Shown: one piece after another, positions 11,840 through 23,708 of the stretch | Numbering within the stretch: position 1 is the first letter of the stretch | Layout of the letters: every line of letters starts with the position of its first letter | NCBI RefSeq assembly: GCF_006345805.1 | Contig: NC_043000.1 | Location: 63,798,001-63,862,000, forward strand | Origin: Octopus sinensis | Lineage: Eukaryota | DNA length: 64,000 bases | Reading direction: 5' to 3' | Translations under genes and position numbers: made by a program | The notes under the pieces: model-generated | Databases searched by the model: none | What the model saw: the letters and a program-made list of their open reading frames with translations, nothing else | Told to the model about the DNA's origin: nothing

Positions 11840-13640
11840 AAACATGTTTTGTGCAGCCAACTATACATAATTTTACTAGAAATATCAGACAAACTCAAAT
11901 TACACTCTGTCAAAAGCGAAAAGGACATATTTGATAATCTAGTAGGGAGGTGGGACACAATGAGTAACATTTACTGCATTTTTGGCTTTGAGAAAAAGTT
12001 TTTTTTTTTTTATAAATGTTCACTACCTTACAAAAAGTATATCAACTAAGCAAATGATATTCTTTAAATGCATTAAAAACATTATAACATATTCAGAACA
12101 CTATCTGAGAAAATTATCTCCATTCTCTTTGAAGACTTAAAACACAAATTTAGATGGAGCAAAATGAATAGGGCAAGATGGAGTAAATTTGCTTCTTCAG
12201 TTCTCCAGAATTGTATTTGAAAAAAGACTCATACACATTAATATACACTCTCAGACATCAGAAAAATTAGAAATGCAACAAAAATTTTAATTATCTTGGT
12301 GAAACAAAAGAGAATTATGGTAATATGACTCACAATATGAAATTAATGAAACTCAACTAAATAAAAAAAAAAACTCAGTGTAAAATATTCTTTATAACTT
12401 CTTCATGATCTGCTGTAGTGGCTCTCTTCCAGGTATATTTACTCACAATACAGTTAAAAAGAAGAAATTATTGAAATAAGTCATTACTCATTTTGCTCCA
12501 CTTTTTAGAAAATTGAAAGTTACCAAATTAGACATTAGTATGGGAAAAATTTTGACTTGAAATCCAACAGAGAAAAGAATTTGGATTGTTAAGCACCAAA
12601 AATTATCCAGTTGTTTTATTAGCGACCTCGATTACAATCAGGACAAATTTGAGGAAAAGTTTCTAGAAAAAATGTACCTGTCACCTGTTTCAAACTCCCT
12701 CAATTTCAACAACTATGCTGACCAATTTTTACTCCCAAAGATGATGCAACAGTACAAAATGATGATGCAATACTTGCAATGTAATGGTTTCAAACAGGTA
12801 GGGAGGAAATAAGGAGAAATCAGAAATTACTCATTTTGCCCCAGTTACCCATTTTGTACCACACACACACACACACTTGATTCATTACTGTAAAATAAAA
12901 TAAAAGTATGATCTTGATTGGATAGCTTTTCATAATGTTCAAGCAGAACTGATCTAGGGACAAATAGCATGTTTCTTAGTTTTCAAATCTTTTACTTTAT
13001 TTTTTTTTAACCTACAAATTACTTTAGTATTTCCAAGTTTGAAATTACAGTTTTAAAGTTCCTGTGATGAAAGATAGTCTATTTATTTTCCGTGAGCTGA
13101 GTTACTCTGAATGTTTAAGTTTGCCAAAACTCAGATGTTTAGATAGATCTTTTGCTTTACAGTGGTGTATTTGTAAATATAACTTTTAAGCTAATGTTTG
13201 TAATATAAATTTTAATATTATTTAATGTTAATATTAATTGATTTAATAAAATTTAATATAATATTTTAAGTGTATAAATATTTTAAGTATTAATATTTTA
13301 AGATTTTTTGAGAAATGAATTTGGTAAAAAAATTTAACAGTTGTGTAAATGAAATTGCCTCTGTGCATTCACTAAAACTGAATGGCCATGTCATATTAGG
13401 TTATTTAATGTAGTGAACATGAACAGTTCTATATTTGACAACAGTAATGTTTAAAACCATTATTTTGGTTTGCTTTATTTCTTCTCTAAATCTAGGTTTT
13501 TCCCCAAATCCTAAAACAGCCAGGCTAAACACATTTTGATATATTTAGTTTTTATTTTTAAATTGCTGTAAGTTATCCTGCTATTGAAGTGCAGTATTAT
13601 AAATTTAAACTTGTGTGTTTGAATTTTTGTAGTAAGTGTT

Positions 13641-13901
13641 CATCATCATCATTGTTCGACCGTGGTCGAGACTTTCATAGTCTTTTCAAATGGCTAATAA
13701 TGTGTGCGCGCGCCACTACTACACACATTGGAAAGCATTGTACAACCAAGTACTAAAGAAGATCTTTCCTCCTCCATGAAACAAAGCTGTTCCCGCTGGA
13801 CGTCAACCCAGTATTTCTAAGCTACGGACCAAGTGATTTATTGTAAGGTTATCTCCCTAGACAGATTGCCTTCACTGCGGCTAAGGAGCCCTTTCTACCC
13901 C
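13641..13901 (-). mobile_element. 261-bp non-coding retroposon with (ATG)n tail
   Basis: Exact 7-bp TSD AAGTGTT (13634-13640, 13902-13908). Sense strand ends with the stem-loop TCGACCACGGTCGA followed by ACAATGATGATGATG. No tRNA-like head seen. Confidence 0.75.
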
Positions 13902-14107
13902 AAGTGTTACAGATATTTCAGATTTACAATTGAATATTTCTCCTCTTGTATCAGTCAATAAGGAAAATTTTTATGCACATATACATGTATGTGTTTGTGA
14001 AATGAACTATGCTTAACTAAATACAATGGATTTTTTTTTTATTTCAGGGAATGTTATTAATCATTTGGACTGTTAAAAGCAAATTATCCATCAAATCTTA
14101 AATCTAA

Positions 14108-14668
14108 ATGGCAGGTCACCGGTTAACTTTAATTCTTGATTCTATTCAGGATTCTAGTAAAAAACGTTCTGTTTCTTTCTCTAATTCTCATTTGAATCAA
14201 TTCAAAGTCCAAAGGAAACAAGACCACCAACCATGGAGTTCTTCTCAATGTAAGAAACAAGACTATGCAATTGATGAAAAAACAGATTTTCAATACAATC
14301 AAGTTAATAAAATCAACATTTTAACAAATAAACAGCAACAATTACCATTCTTGCCTTTAATTGAACAAAAATATTCCGATCAATTACTTACTAGCCATGA
14401 CACTAAACAAAGTCAAACACCGGAATTTGATAAGGCATCACCTTCACTGAAAAATATCAAAGATGCTCATTTAGCCTGTCCCCCAATTTTCATGTCTCCT
14501 TTGACAAAGTTCGGTTTTATTCCCACCCATATGTTAGACGTCACCAAAAAAGACCAATATAACTCAATGAATGCATCTCGGAATTTTCTGAGGCATTCTA
14601 AAAAACTGGCAAAAACAGCCTATAGTAGTAAGGAGATGGCTGATGCTCTGCTGAAGAAGTTGAAACAG
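14108..14668 (+). CDS. Coding exon 1 of an uncharacterised 417-aa coiled-coil protein
   Basis: Acceptor TTTCAG at 14047. ATG 14108 is preceded by an in-frame TAA. 187 codons end at donor CAG|GTAACA, phase 0. Confidence 0.88.
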
Positions 14669-16099
14669 GTAACAAGAAATTATTTCACTATTCTTTGATT
14701 ATTTGTAATGTAAATATTTGAAACTGTGCAATATAAGTAATACACTAAAGTATTATTTAAGTTTACCACTGAAAAAAATTTCAGTAATGCTTAATATAGG
14801 GCAAACTGACTACATGGTTAAGGTACCAGATTAATAAGCACCTAAAACCTTGAGTTCAACTCTAGCTTTATCCATTTTCTTGCTGCTGCCATTTGATGAA
14901 GCAAAGGCATAGAGAAAAACCTACTGAATCTATAGATTGTACTATATAGTACATTAAGCATCCCTTACTTAAATATTTGATAATCATCTGCTATTCTTGA
15001 ATGACAGATGTATAATAAATGTAATATATCTACCCCAGTTATGAAAGAGTCTTGTCTTCCTCTCTAAGTTAGTGACTGCTTCTCTGATGGAATGTATATC
15101 TGTTTCTAAATGTAATATATTTATCTCAAATATAGAAAATGCTACACATCCTCTGTAAGTTTATTGACATAATCTGACTGTCTTGGTTTCTTTGACATTC
15201 TAAAAAATCGCAATTTCATTCACATAGTTAAGTACAGGGAACCCTCATTAAACTGGACCCCATTAAGCCAGATATCAGATAAACTGAACTACATTAAAAG
15301 AGTGACTGTCACTGTTGACTTCTGCCACCATCTTTGAGTATCTTTGTTGATGGGGTATATATTGTGGGTGTGCTTGCTGAGCACTACACACCCACTAAAC
15401 ATGATAAACTCATTATCAATAATAAACTAATGAGCAAGTTATTAAATGATTAATCAGAAAATGGATTTCTTTTTCTTTCTGAATAAAATGATAATGAAAA
15501 ATGAATTTTTTTTAAAATTGTATCACAAAAAAAGTGGCAATTTTAGAGAATCGTTAGAGTATTGCACAATTTCTTAAGGCTCTTAACATTATGAGTTCAA
15601 ATCCCACGAAGGTCGACTTTTGTCTTTCATCCTTCTAAAGTCAGTAAAATAAAATGCTAGTCAAGTACTGAGGTTTGTTGTAACTGACTTGCCCCCTCCT
15701 TCAAAATTGCTATCGGTTAGTAATATTTCTGGCATGTGGTAAATATCAAAGGGAGCTTTACTAATAATAATTTTAGCCACAATATCAATATAACAACATA
15801 TCAATTAAATAGTTTAAGTTTCAGTGAGTTGTTTTTATTCACTACAGGGAATGGTTTCATGACTTTTTTTTTTAAATTTCATAGAGAAGTTTATAGTCAC
15901 CTTCCAAACAGCAGATTAATTGTTTTATTGACTTAAGGTTTTTGTGTAGTAGTTTACCACCTTAAAAATAGGTCGTAGCAAAGGACTGAAAGTTTTATTT
16001 CTTTTAAATACAATTATCTCTCAATCATTGTTTCAAGTCCATCATCAGAAAAGGCAAAGTTTTTACCCTACAAATTTTATTCTCACTTTACACTATCTT

Positions 16100-19000
16100 T
16101 TATCACTTCTACAAATTTTTGCACTTAAGTTTTATTCTCACTTAACATTATAACAAGTTTCACAATGGAATGAAATTGAAATAACAGGAGAAAGATAAGA
16201 GAAGAATTAAAGAAAAAAAGATAGGGAATAAGAGTTAATTTGGGACAAAGAAGAGGCAACATAACATGAATGCACAAGATACGTTCACTGATGAGATTGT
16301 CAGAGTATATGTAAATGAAGAGACTACAAAAATGGTGACTGGCAAGCTGATCATCTGTGATAACATCAAGAGACAGAAGTTTGATGAAATAATATGAATG
16401 AAGAACAGAAGACACAATTATAAGAAGAATTTCAAGAAAACAATCAAATGCAATGAGAAAACAGAAGAAAAAATCAGTTGCTTAATTTGAGAAATGCTTA
16501 GAGAAGCAATTTTAGAGATGATTTGGTGTTCCTAAATTTCAGAAAAAACAATTTAATGTTGAACCCTACAATGTCAGAGAAATAAACAAATTCTGTCTTC
16601 ATTGTGATGCTTTAAGATTAAGAAATAAGCCTTTAAAGGTAAAATGTGATTTCCCTTCTGCAGCCTTATCTCAATGAACTCAAGCTTCATTCTTATGTTA
16701 ATAATGAGGAAGCTAATAATTTCTGAAAAAAATATCCCAAATTATTATTGTGTGCTTTCCATAACAGCATGGAGAGCAGACATTAAATGATGATGACCAT
16801 GATTTAGTTGATGTATATGTCTTGGTTGAAGAGTACTGTTTATATTTTCTAAGAAATAAACAGTCTCACCTATAAGTTGCACAGTACAGTGGACTGATAG
16901 ATCACCTTGTAGTTAAAGGTCAGAACTTTGAACTAGGATTACTAGTTTACTTCTTTATTCATTCATTGGCTGTCATGTAACATGTCTCATTACTTTCAAG
17001 AAGCTTGACTTCTTTTTAATGTACACCTGTAATCCAATATGCCCTAAAATTTCAAACAATCTAAAATGAAATGAAACCATAGAAAAGTCACCTGACTTAA
17101 TAGCTAGATTGTACAAAGCCCTTCTTACTGTGTTACTAAATGATTTAAAGGAGCAACATGTATTTGGAGTCTCTGTTACAAAGGCAGAGTTTGAGTTCAT
17201 GTGATCCATTTCATTGGTAGTTGCTATGTGAAACACATTACTAATGAAAAAGTACTGAAGTAACGTTAATCTGGAGATATGTTCACCTGTAAAAAATATC
17301 AAGTTTATTTTAGAATATATTTACGAAGGACACAATTGTGCTTCTGTAGAAAAAGCAACCAATGATGACAATGTTATTATTGCTCCTGCTATTAATAACA
17401 ACTTCAAGAAAAAAAATGAAACTGCAAGTCCAATATAACAAGGTAAAATCTTATCTTACTAGTAGAGATATATTCATGTCTCTTCCCTTCATATGCAGGT
17501 TTTCACAGTAGAAGAAACAGAATACATCCCGCACAGTTTAAAGATTAGCCATTCACATTTTTATAATTGAAAATGGAACAAGTGACAGAATTGGTTTACC
17601 AAAACCTCAATGACATATTCAACAAAGAATCAATGAACAAAAACCCTTCATCCCAATATTGAATCTCTCACTTGATAAACAAAGTTAAACAGTGGATGTA
17701 ATCTCATTAATTCTATTGAGGAAATTACTAAGGGAACAGTTGCTAAAAATAATCTCTTTTACATTGATGCGTTGGAGAATATGGTAAAACACTTTTTTAA
17801 TATGTTTATATCTCTTTTTAGAGGCAACAATCATCAAGTATTATGTGCAGCTTGGACAGGTATTGCTGTTATCTTACACACAGGAGGCTGAACAGTTCAC
17901 ATCATATTCAAATTTATTGGTCTCTTACAGAGACAAGTACCTGCAATGTATTCCAACTTCATTACCCTAAATATAATTGATAAATACCCACAGGATATTC
18001 CCAACTTTTCAGAAGTAAGATCACCCTACTTGGTGGAGGCATTTGGTAGGTTTTGCCTATACTTCTGTAGACCACACAAATTATTGTTATTGATGTTTGG
18101 TTACATTCTCAACAATATCAGCTAATCCCAAATTTGTGTGTTGCTGAACAACAGGATGACTTTGAAGACTGGTTACTTCAAATTAGAAATGAAATTGCTT
18201 CCATAAGAAGCTAGTCATTTACTGATCATTATGTAGAGATACCCTATATGTATGTTGAAGGTTCAATAGTTGATCATATATACAGTAATACAACAGAAAG
18301 TGAAGCTATCATGTGCTCTCATCTAAAAACATACACTGTCTTGCAATCAACAAAAAAGTGCTGATATTCTTTCCAGGTTCTTCACAAAAACATTTCAGTA
18401 AAGATAAAATAAGTGAGAAACAGCTGGAAGCTGAACAGTTCCCTTTTGAGATGTTGAATTCATTCACTCCTTCTGGAATGCTACCAATGTATTCAAAGTT
18501 TGAAAAATGGAGTTATTGTAATGCTTTTGTACTTTTGAAAAAGGATTTTGCAATGCAACCAGGCTAGAGGTCTTCAAACATCAGAACTGTGTTAGAGCTT
18601 TGATAATAAGTGTTATCTTAAATTGACAATGAGTTTTGAGACTGAGAATTAGGATGGTACCAAGTGGCACAAACTTAAATTTAAAATGGAAAGGATCCAA
18701 TTTCCACTACATTTACCTATCCCTTATAGTGATAGGATAACACACAGGATTAGACTTCTAGTAAAGTAGAAATATATATTTACTCCAGTCATTGCTAAAC
18801 CATGAACACATATGTCTCCTTTTCTAGAATTTGAAAACCAATAGATATTGAAGTTGAAGTTATGCAGACTAACAGACGAAAAAAGTGATAATGAAAAATT
18901 GTTATGAAAAACATTATGTACAAGGGGATTGCCTGAATTTACTAATTTTATTAACTCATTAAATATTCTGAGTTAAATTTTCATTTCCTGAATTATTCTC

Positions 19001-19186
19001 TGTATTTATTGTATTATTTCTAATACTATTAGTTATCTAAATCCTAACTTTTCAGTAATCTTGGTCTTTTGCCTAGTTCATTATAATAAGAACCTTTAAT
19101 TCAGTGAAATATTGTCCTGAAGATAAAAATTCATGCATTAAAATTAGAAAATTTATAAGGCATGAAATTTCTATAGGTCCCACTAG
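16100..19186 (+). mobile_element. Degenerate, internally deleted autonomous-type Helitron (Rep/PIF1 helicase); left boundary approximate
   Basis: Remnant peptides NVNLEICSPVKNIKFILEYIYEGHNCA (17262-17342), LFYIDA..GKT (~17755-17795), VLCAAWTGIAVILHTGG*TVH (from 17838), EDWLLQI, FEMLNSFTPSGM (18445-18480) and IQFPL. The 3' end is ...CCCACTAG at 19186. Many stops and frameshifts. Confidence 0.85.
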
Positions 19187-19667
19187 CTCTTATTATTGTT
19201 AGAAGATGCAAACTGGCTGAATTGTTATCATGTTGGAAAAAATGCTTAGTGGCATTTTTTCTGGCTCTTTATGTTGTGAGTTCAAATATCACCATGGTTG
19301 ACTTTATCTTCCATCATTTCGGATGAAAGTTGATGTTGTACCTGTATTTCTTCAGCTTTACAAAAATTTACCTTGTCTCTATGGAAGAAATCAACATTAT
19401 TCACACACATTTTGTTTACTAATTTACTAACTTCTCAGTTCATCATTAAAAATACAAGTTTGTTGATTTAATTCTCCAGAGTCTTAAGAATTGCCCAGAA
19501 ACCAGTACCACATCTGACATTCTAAAGAGACTGCAGTGTTTCAGCAATATTTTCAATGACTTAATCATAAATTCTCCAGTGTTTGGTACTGCTTTACACA
19601 TTATCAAAGTAAGCCACTTTTTAATTCATTTATGGATTTTAATATGCAAATTTATAAAATAATAAAG

Positions 19668-19815
19668 CACGCAAGCATGTATCTGACTCATACACTGTTC
19701 ACTTTCCAGACATTTGTACATTACTGCATATGCTTTATACATACTTTTGACAAGTTGTGGTGCACCTGAGCACTGTATACAATATATATACAATATATAA
19801 TTTCATTGTTATTAT
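19668..19815 (+). mobile_element. CR1 LINE 3' UTR fragment
   Basis: Near-identical to the 3' UTRs at 23010-23154 and 51785-51925. Confidence 0.85.
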
Positions 19816-19884
19816 TTCAAAAGCATTTTTTTCTATTTGCTTGAAGAAGGGGTTGTACCCTCCAAAACCAAAAGATCAAATTGA

Positions 19885-20245
19885 CTAACATTCCTCTTAT
19901 ACTCTACATAACTAAAGAGCACTCACTGTTTTTTTAGTCAAATGAATCGATCCCAGTAATTTTTTTTTCTTAAGCCTAGTACTTATTCTACTGTCTCTTG
20001 TTGAACCACTAAGTTATGGTAATGTAAACCCACCAACACCAGTTGTCAAGTAGTGATGGGGGACAAACACAGACACAAAGGCACACACACACATATATAT
20101 ACAATGTGCTTCTTTCAGTTTCTGTCTACCAAAATGACTCACTATAGCCTGAGGCTATAGTGAAAGACATTAGCTCAAAGTGCTACACAGTGGGACTTAT
20201 CCCTGAACAATGTGGTTGGGAAACAAGCTTCTTACCACATAGCCA
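19885..20245 (-). mobile_element. tRNA-derived SINE, family B
   Basis: Reverse complement of the GGCTGTGTGGTAAGAAG...CCCACTG head, the CTATAGCC core and an internal (TA/TG)n. Confidence 0.7.
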
Positions 20246-20448
20246 TGTCTAGATTACTATTTTCAGTTAGATCACAATAGGAAAACAATAATGATTAGAT
20301 ATTTCAAGTAATAATTTGTTAATACATTCTTGTGTTACTGTACTTGTAATATATGTCATGAATCCCCAACTACCAGATCATGGGTCATTTTACACCAGGC
20401 TGCACAGAAGGAATGAACTTTTTAATTTTATTTCTATTTTATTGATTA

Positions 20449-20802
20449 CTAGCTGTATCGCCCGACGTTGCTTGGGTTTGTTTCAAACCTTTAGAATTGG
20501 AATTTTTGAAAAGTAAAAATTTTGCATTATGTAGCTTGTTATTCTCTTTAAGTGAACATTTTTCTGGTTGAAATACACCGAAAGATGGCGACACAGCAGT
20601 AAAAAAATCATTAAAAAATAGGGATTTTCATAGGAAAAAAGCATCTTTTTTATGTAAATAATTTTTGGTGTTAACATGGTCCGATTTGAATTAATAAGCA
20701 AGCCTTCTTCTATCATACTTTCAATTTTGGTCAACTTGCGCCGCAGGGTCTTGGAGGAGATAGTGTTAGTTGAAGGCTACCAAACACAGACTTTATATAT
20801 AT
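20449..20802 (-). mobile_element. Non-autonomous Helitron, second copy
   Basis: Reverse complement of 239-631: CTAG at 20449-20452, hairpin CCCGACGTTGCTTGGG, small deletion near its 5' end. Confidence 0.75.
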
Positions 20803-20804
20803 AA

Positions 20805-20990
20805 AAAATGCTTGGTGGTATTTTTTTCTGGCTCTTTATGTTCTGAGTTCAAATGTCACCATGGTTGACTTTACCTTTCATCCTTTCGGAGTTGATAAAA
20901 TAGTACCAGTTGAACACTGATGTCAATATAATTGACTTCCCACTCTTCTCAAAATTGCTGGCCTTGTGCCAAAATTAGAAAAAATTATTA
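20805..20990 (+). mobile_element. tRNA-derived SINE, family A (Meta-like core)
   Basis: B-box-like GAGTTCAAAT, core CTTTCATCCTTTCGGAGTTGATAAAATAGTACCAG and tail GCTGGCCTTGTGCCAAAATT. Many further copies, e.g. 15560-15720, 19210-19330, 36500-37410, 45290-45490, 52205-52400. Confidence 0.75.
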
Positions 20991-21612
20991 ATTTTGTTAA
21001 CCACATATATTTGAAGGATATATATATATATTTGAAGTCTTCGGAGTGTTTTTACATTATATAGTAATAATTAAATCGTATATTGTGCACTTTATTGTGT
21101 TTTGTTATGTACATGATCCCCTGGTTTGTGGCAAAAATTGCCTTGCATAAAACTGGTCTGTAGTGCAGGAAAGGTTTAGGACCAGTGATCAATATGACTG
21201 GCCATCAAACAATGGGGTGTGTAACATGCTGTCTCTGTTCATATGTGCTTAAAGGCAAAGTTGTTATTGTTACCAGGTTAGCCCTGATTGAATAAAGACA
21301 TTCCAACCATGGCCATCCTGTGTTTTATAGAGATATCTTAGACTATGTTATCTAATGTATCCTTTTTTTTATAAAATAATACTGTGTGATTTGAGAAAAA
21401 TATGGCTGCTGTCTCTCTAAGAAGTTGAATGACAGTATAAAGGCTCCTTCATTGGATCAATACCTGTTTCATGGATAGAATACATGTACAGCTTCTGTGT
21501 GTATATAAAAGATATTTTCTGTATATAATAGTGTAGAGGTTAGATATCTATGTATATATAGAGACATCTTATTGTCTATAGACACACTAACAAAAGTTTG
21601 TCTTTCTACCAG

Positions 21613-21797
21613 ATAGAATATGACAACTATATATCATATTTGCTGGATATCTATGAGAAAGAGGGCCAAGTTTTACAAGGAGAAATACAAGAGATGTCTG
21701 CACAACACACCAATCATAATGAAGAGTTGAGCGAAGCTGAATTCAAAGTTGAGAAACTGGAGTGTGACATGTTAAATCTCCTTCTTGAAGCTAAAAG
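21613..21797 (+). CDS. Coding exon 2 (IEYDNYISYLL...LLLEAK)
   Basis: Acceptor TCTACCAG at 21612 and donor AAG|GTTAGA. Phase 0 in, phase 2 out. Heptad-like E/L-rich peptide. Confidence 0.88.
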
Positions 21798-22412
21798 GTT
21801 AGAATTATATTACTGTTGTTGTTTAGGCTCAAGTCAGCCCTCATTGAGCAGACCTATGATCAAAGATATTCCAGCCATGACCATCCCATTTTTTCCCAGA
21901 AACCATTGTTGTCTGAGGGAAATTTGACTGCTATTTATAGCAAGTCAAATGACCTCATTGATTTTCACTAACTAGCTTGATTGTTTGCAGATAAATTTAA
22001 AAGAGGTTGGATATGCATAAACACAGGAAAAGATATTCATAAGATTTGGATGGATGCATAAGTAAGAGTCAAAATTTTATTGTTAGAGTCTTTTGATAAT
22101 TCTGTACTTATCAATAGTGAGGATTTTTGCTGACAAAGCAATTCAACATACTTTCATAGATATGCTACAGTCTACATAATATTAACAGTGCCACTTAGAC
22201 ACAGTAAACTCTTCTCCATAAGAAAGGAAAAAAAAAAACACAAACCTGTTTATTTCATTTAAGTTCAATCAACAGAACAATTAAAGTTCTGTGAGGGCCA
22301 AACCACTATAATACTAGTATTTATGCAAAAATAATAACTTCAAGCAAATATTGAACTTTTATGTAATTTCATACATTTTTTTCTGTACCAATCTAATTGA
22401 GATAAGATGTTC

Positions 22413-23154
22413 TTATTGTCGATAGCGATTTGCATTGGACAAAACACATTGCTAAAATTGCCAAAAAGGCTGAGGGTGTCTTGGCATCACTTAATAAGCC
22501 CTTTGTGAGCCGTTCTCCAGCTATCTATCTGAGGCTTTATATAGCTATGATGCGGCCTCACCTGGAATTTGCATCACCAGTCTGGAACCCCTATCTTGCC
22601 CAGGATATTAATCGTCTGAAAACCGTTCAGTGACGTGCAACCAAGAGAATACCCTCCATCAGGCATTTGCCATATTCTGAACGCCTTACTTCCCTGGGAA
22701 TGGATACATTGAAACTCCAATGTTTCGCAGCTGACTTGGCAGACACCCATAAAATTATTAACCATCTTACTAACAATAACTCTGAGCACCTTTTCAAACT
22801 CCACCTGTCTAACACCCATGGACAAGTTTACAAAGTCAGAAAACAGCATAGCTCCCATGACTTTCAGAAACATTTTTTCATGCTAAGAGTTGCTGAAGCA
22901 TGGAACAAACTGCCGGCATCAGTTGTTAGTTGTTGGAGCACTGCATCCTTCAAAACTTCCATGTTTCCTGAGATTCACCAACACTACACCTGATTTTCTC
23001 CTCTCCATACACACGCAAGCATGTATCTGACTCATACACTGTTCACTTCCCAGACATTTGTACATTACTGCATATGCTTTATATGCACTTTTGACGAGTT
23101 GTGGTGCACCTGAGCACTGTATACAATAATTTCACTATTATTATTATTATTATT
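22413..23154 (+). mobile_element. 5'-truncated CR1-clade LINE
   Basis: RT C-terminal peptides (RPHLEFASPVWNPY, LPYSERL, FFMLRVAEAWNKLP), 3' UTR and (ATT)n tail. Confidence 0.9.
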
Positions 23155-23439
23155 TTACTGGTTTCAGTCATTGGACTGCATCTCTGGATGAGCACAGCTT
23201 TCAAGAGTTTAAATTGATTACACCAACCCCAATACTTTGTCTGGTACTTATTTTATTGACCTCATAAGAATTAGAAAAGCAAGTCACATTTAACATAAAA
23301 GAAGGTAACTCAGTCAGACCTAAATATTACAATTTCTTCACACCTGCACCCAGCCACTGATTTGCACATATGTATTCATTTGTTTTTTGCATTTTATGTC
23401 CCTTTTCCTATGCTTGTATAGGTTATTTTTTTCTTTTAT

Positions 23440-23640
23440 TCCTTTATTTGTTTCAGTTGTTTAACTGAGGCCATGGTGGAGCATCACCTTGTAGGATTTT
23501 AGTTGAATAAATCACCCCCAGGACTTATTTTTTAAATCTAGTACTTATTCTATCAATTCTTTTGCCAACCCGTTAAGTTACAGGGATATAAACACACCAA
23601 CACCGGTTGTCAAGTGGTGGGGGGACAATTACATGCACAC
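23440..23640 (-). mobile_element. SINE family B, 3' part
   Basis: Reverse complement of the GGTGATGCTCCACCATGGCC...GAAACAA tail and AAGTACTAG segment. Confidence 0.65.
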
Positions 23641-23708
23641 ACACACACATAGATATATACATATATATATATATACACACACATACATACATACATATAT
23701 ATATATAT

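Noticed and set aside
12155-12850. Recurring (T)ACTCATTTTGC(T/C)CC motif in both orientations as a MITE
   Set aside because: Probably an eroded TIR element, but I could not define matching ends or a TSD.
13190-13320. Extremely AT-rich TTTAATA-like stretch
   Set aside because: Low-complexity sequence with no stable period or boundaries.
14669-14698. ORF-track extensions past splice donors (also 21798-21927 and 35870-35926)
   Set aside because: Each runs through a good GT donor into intronic or repeat sequence; the spliced model explains the data better.
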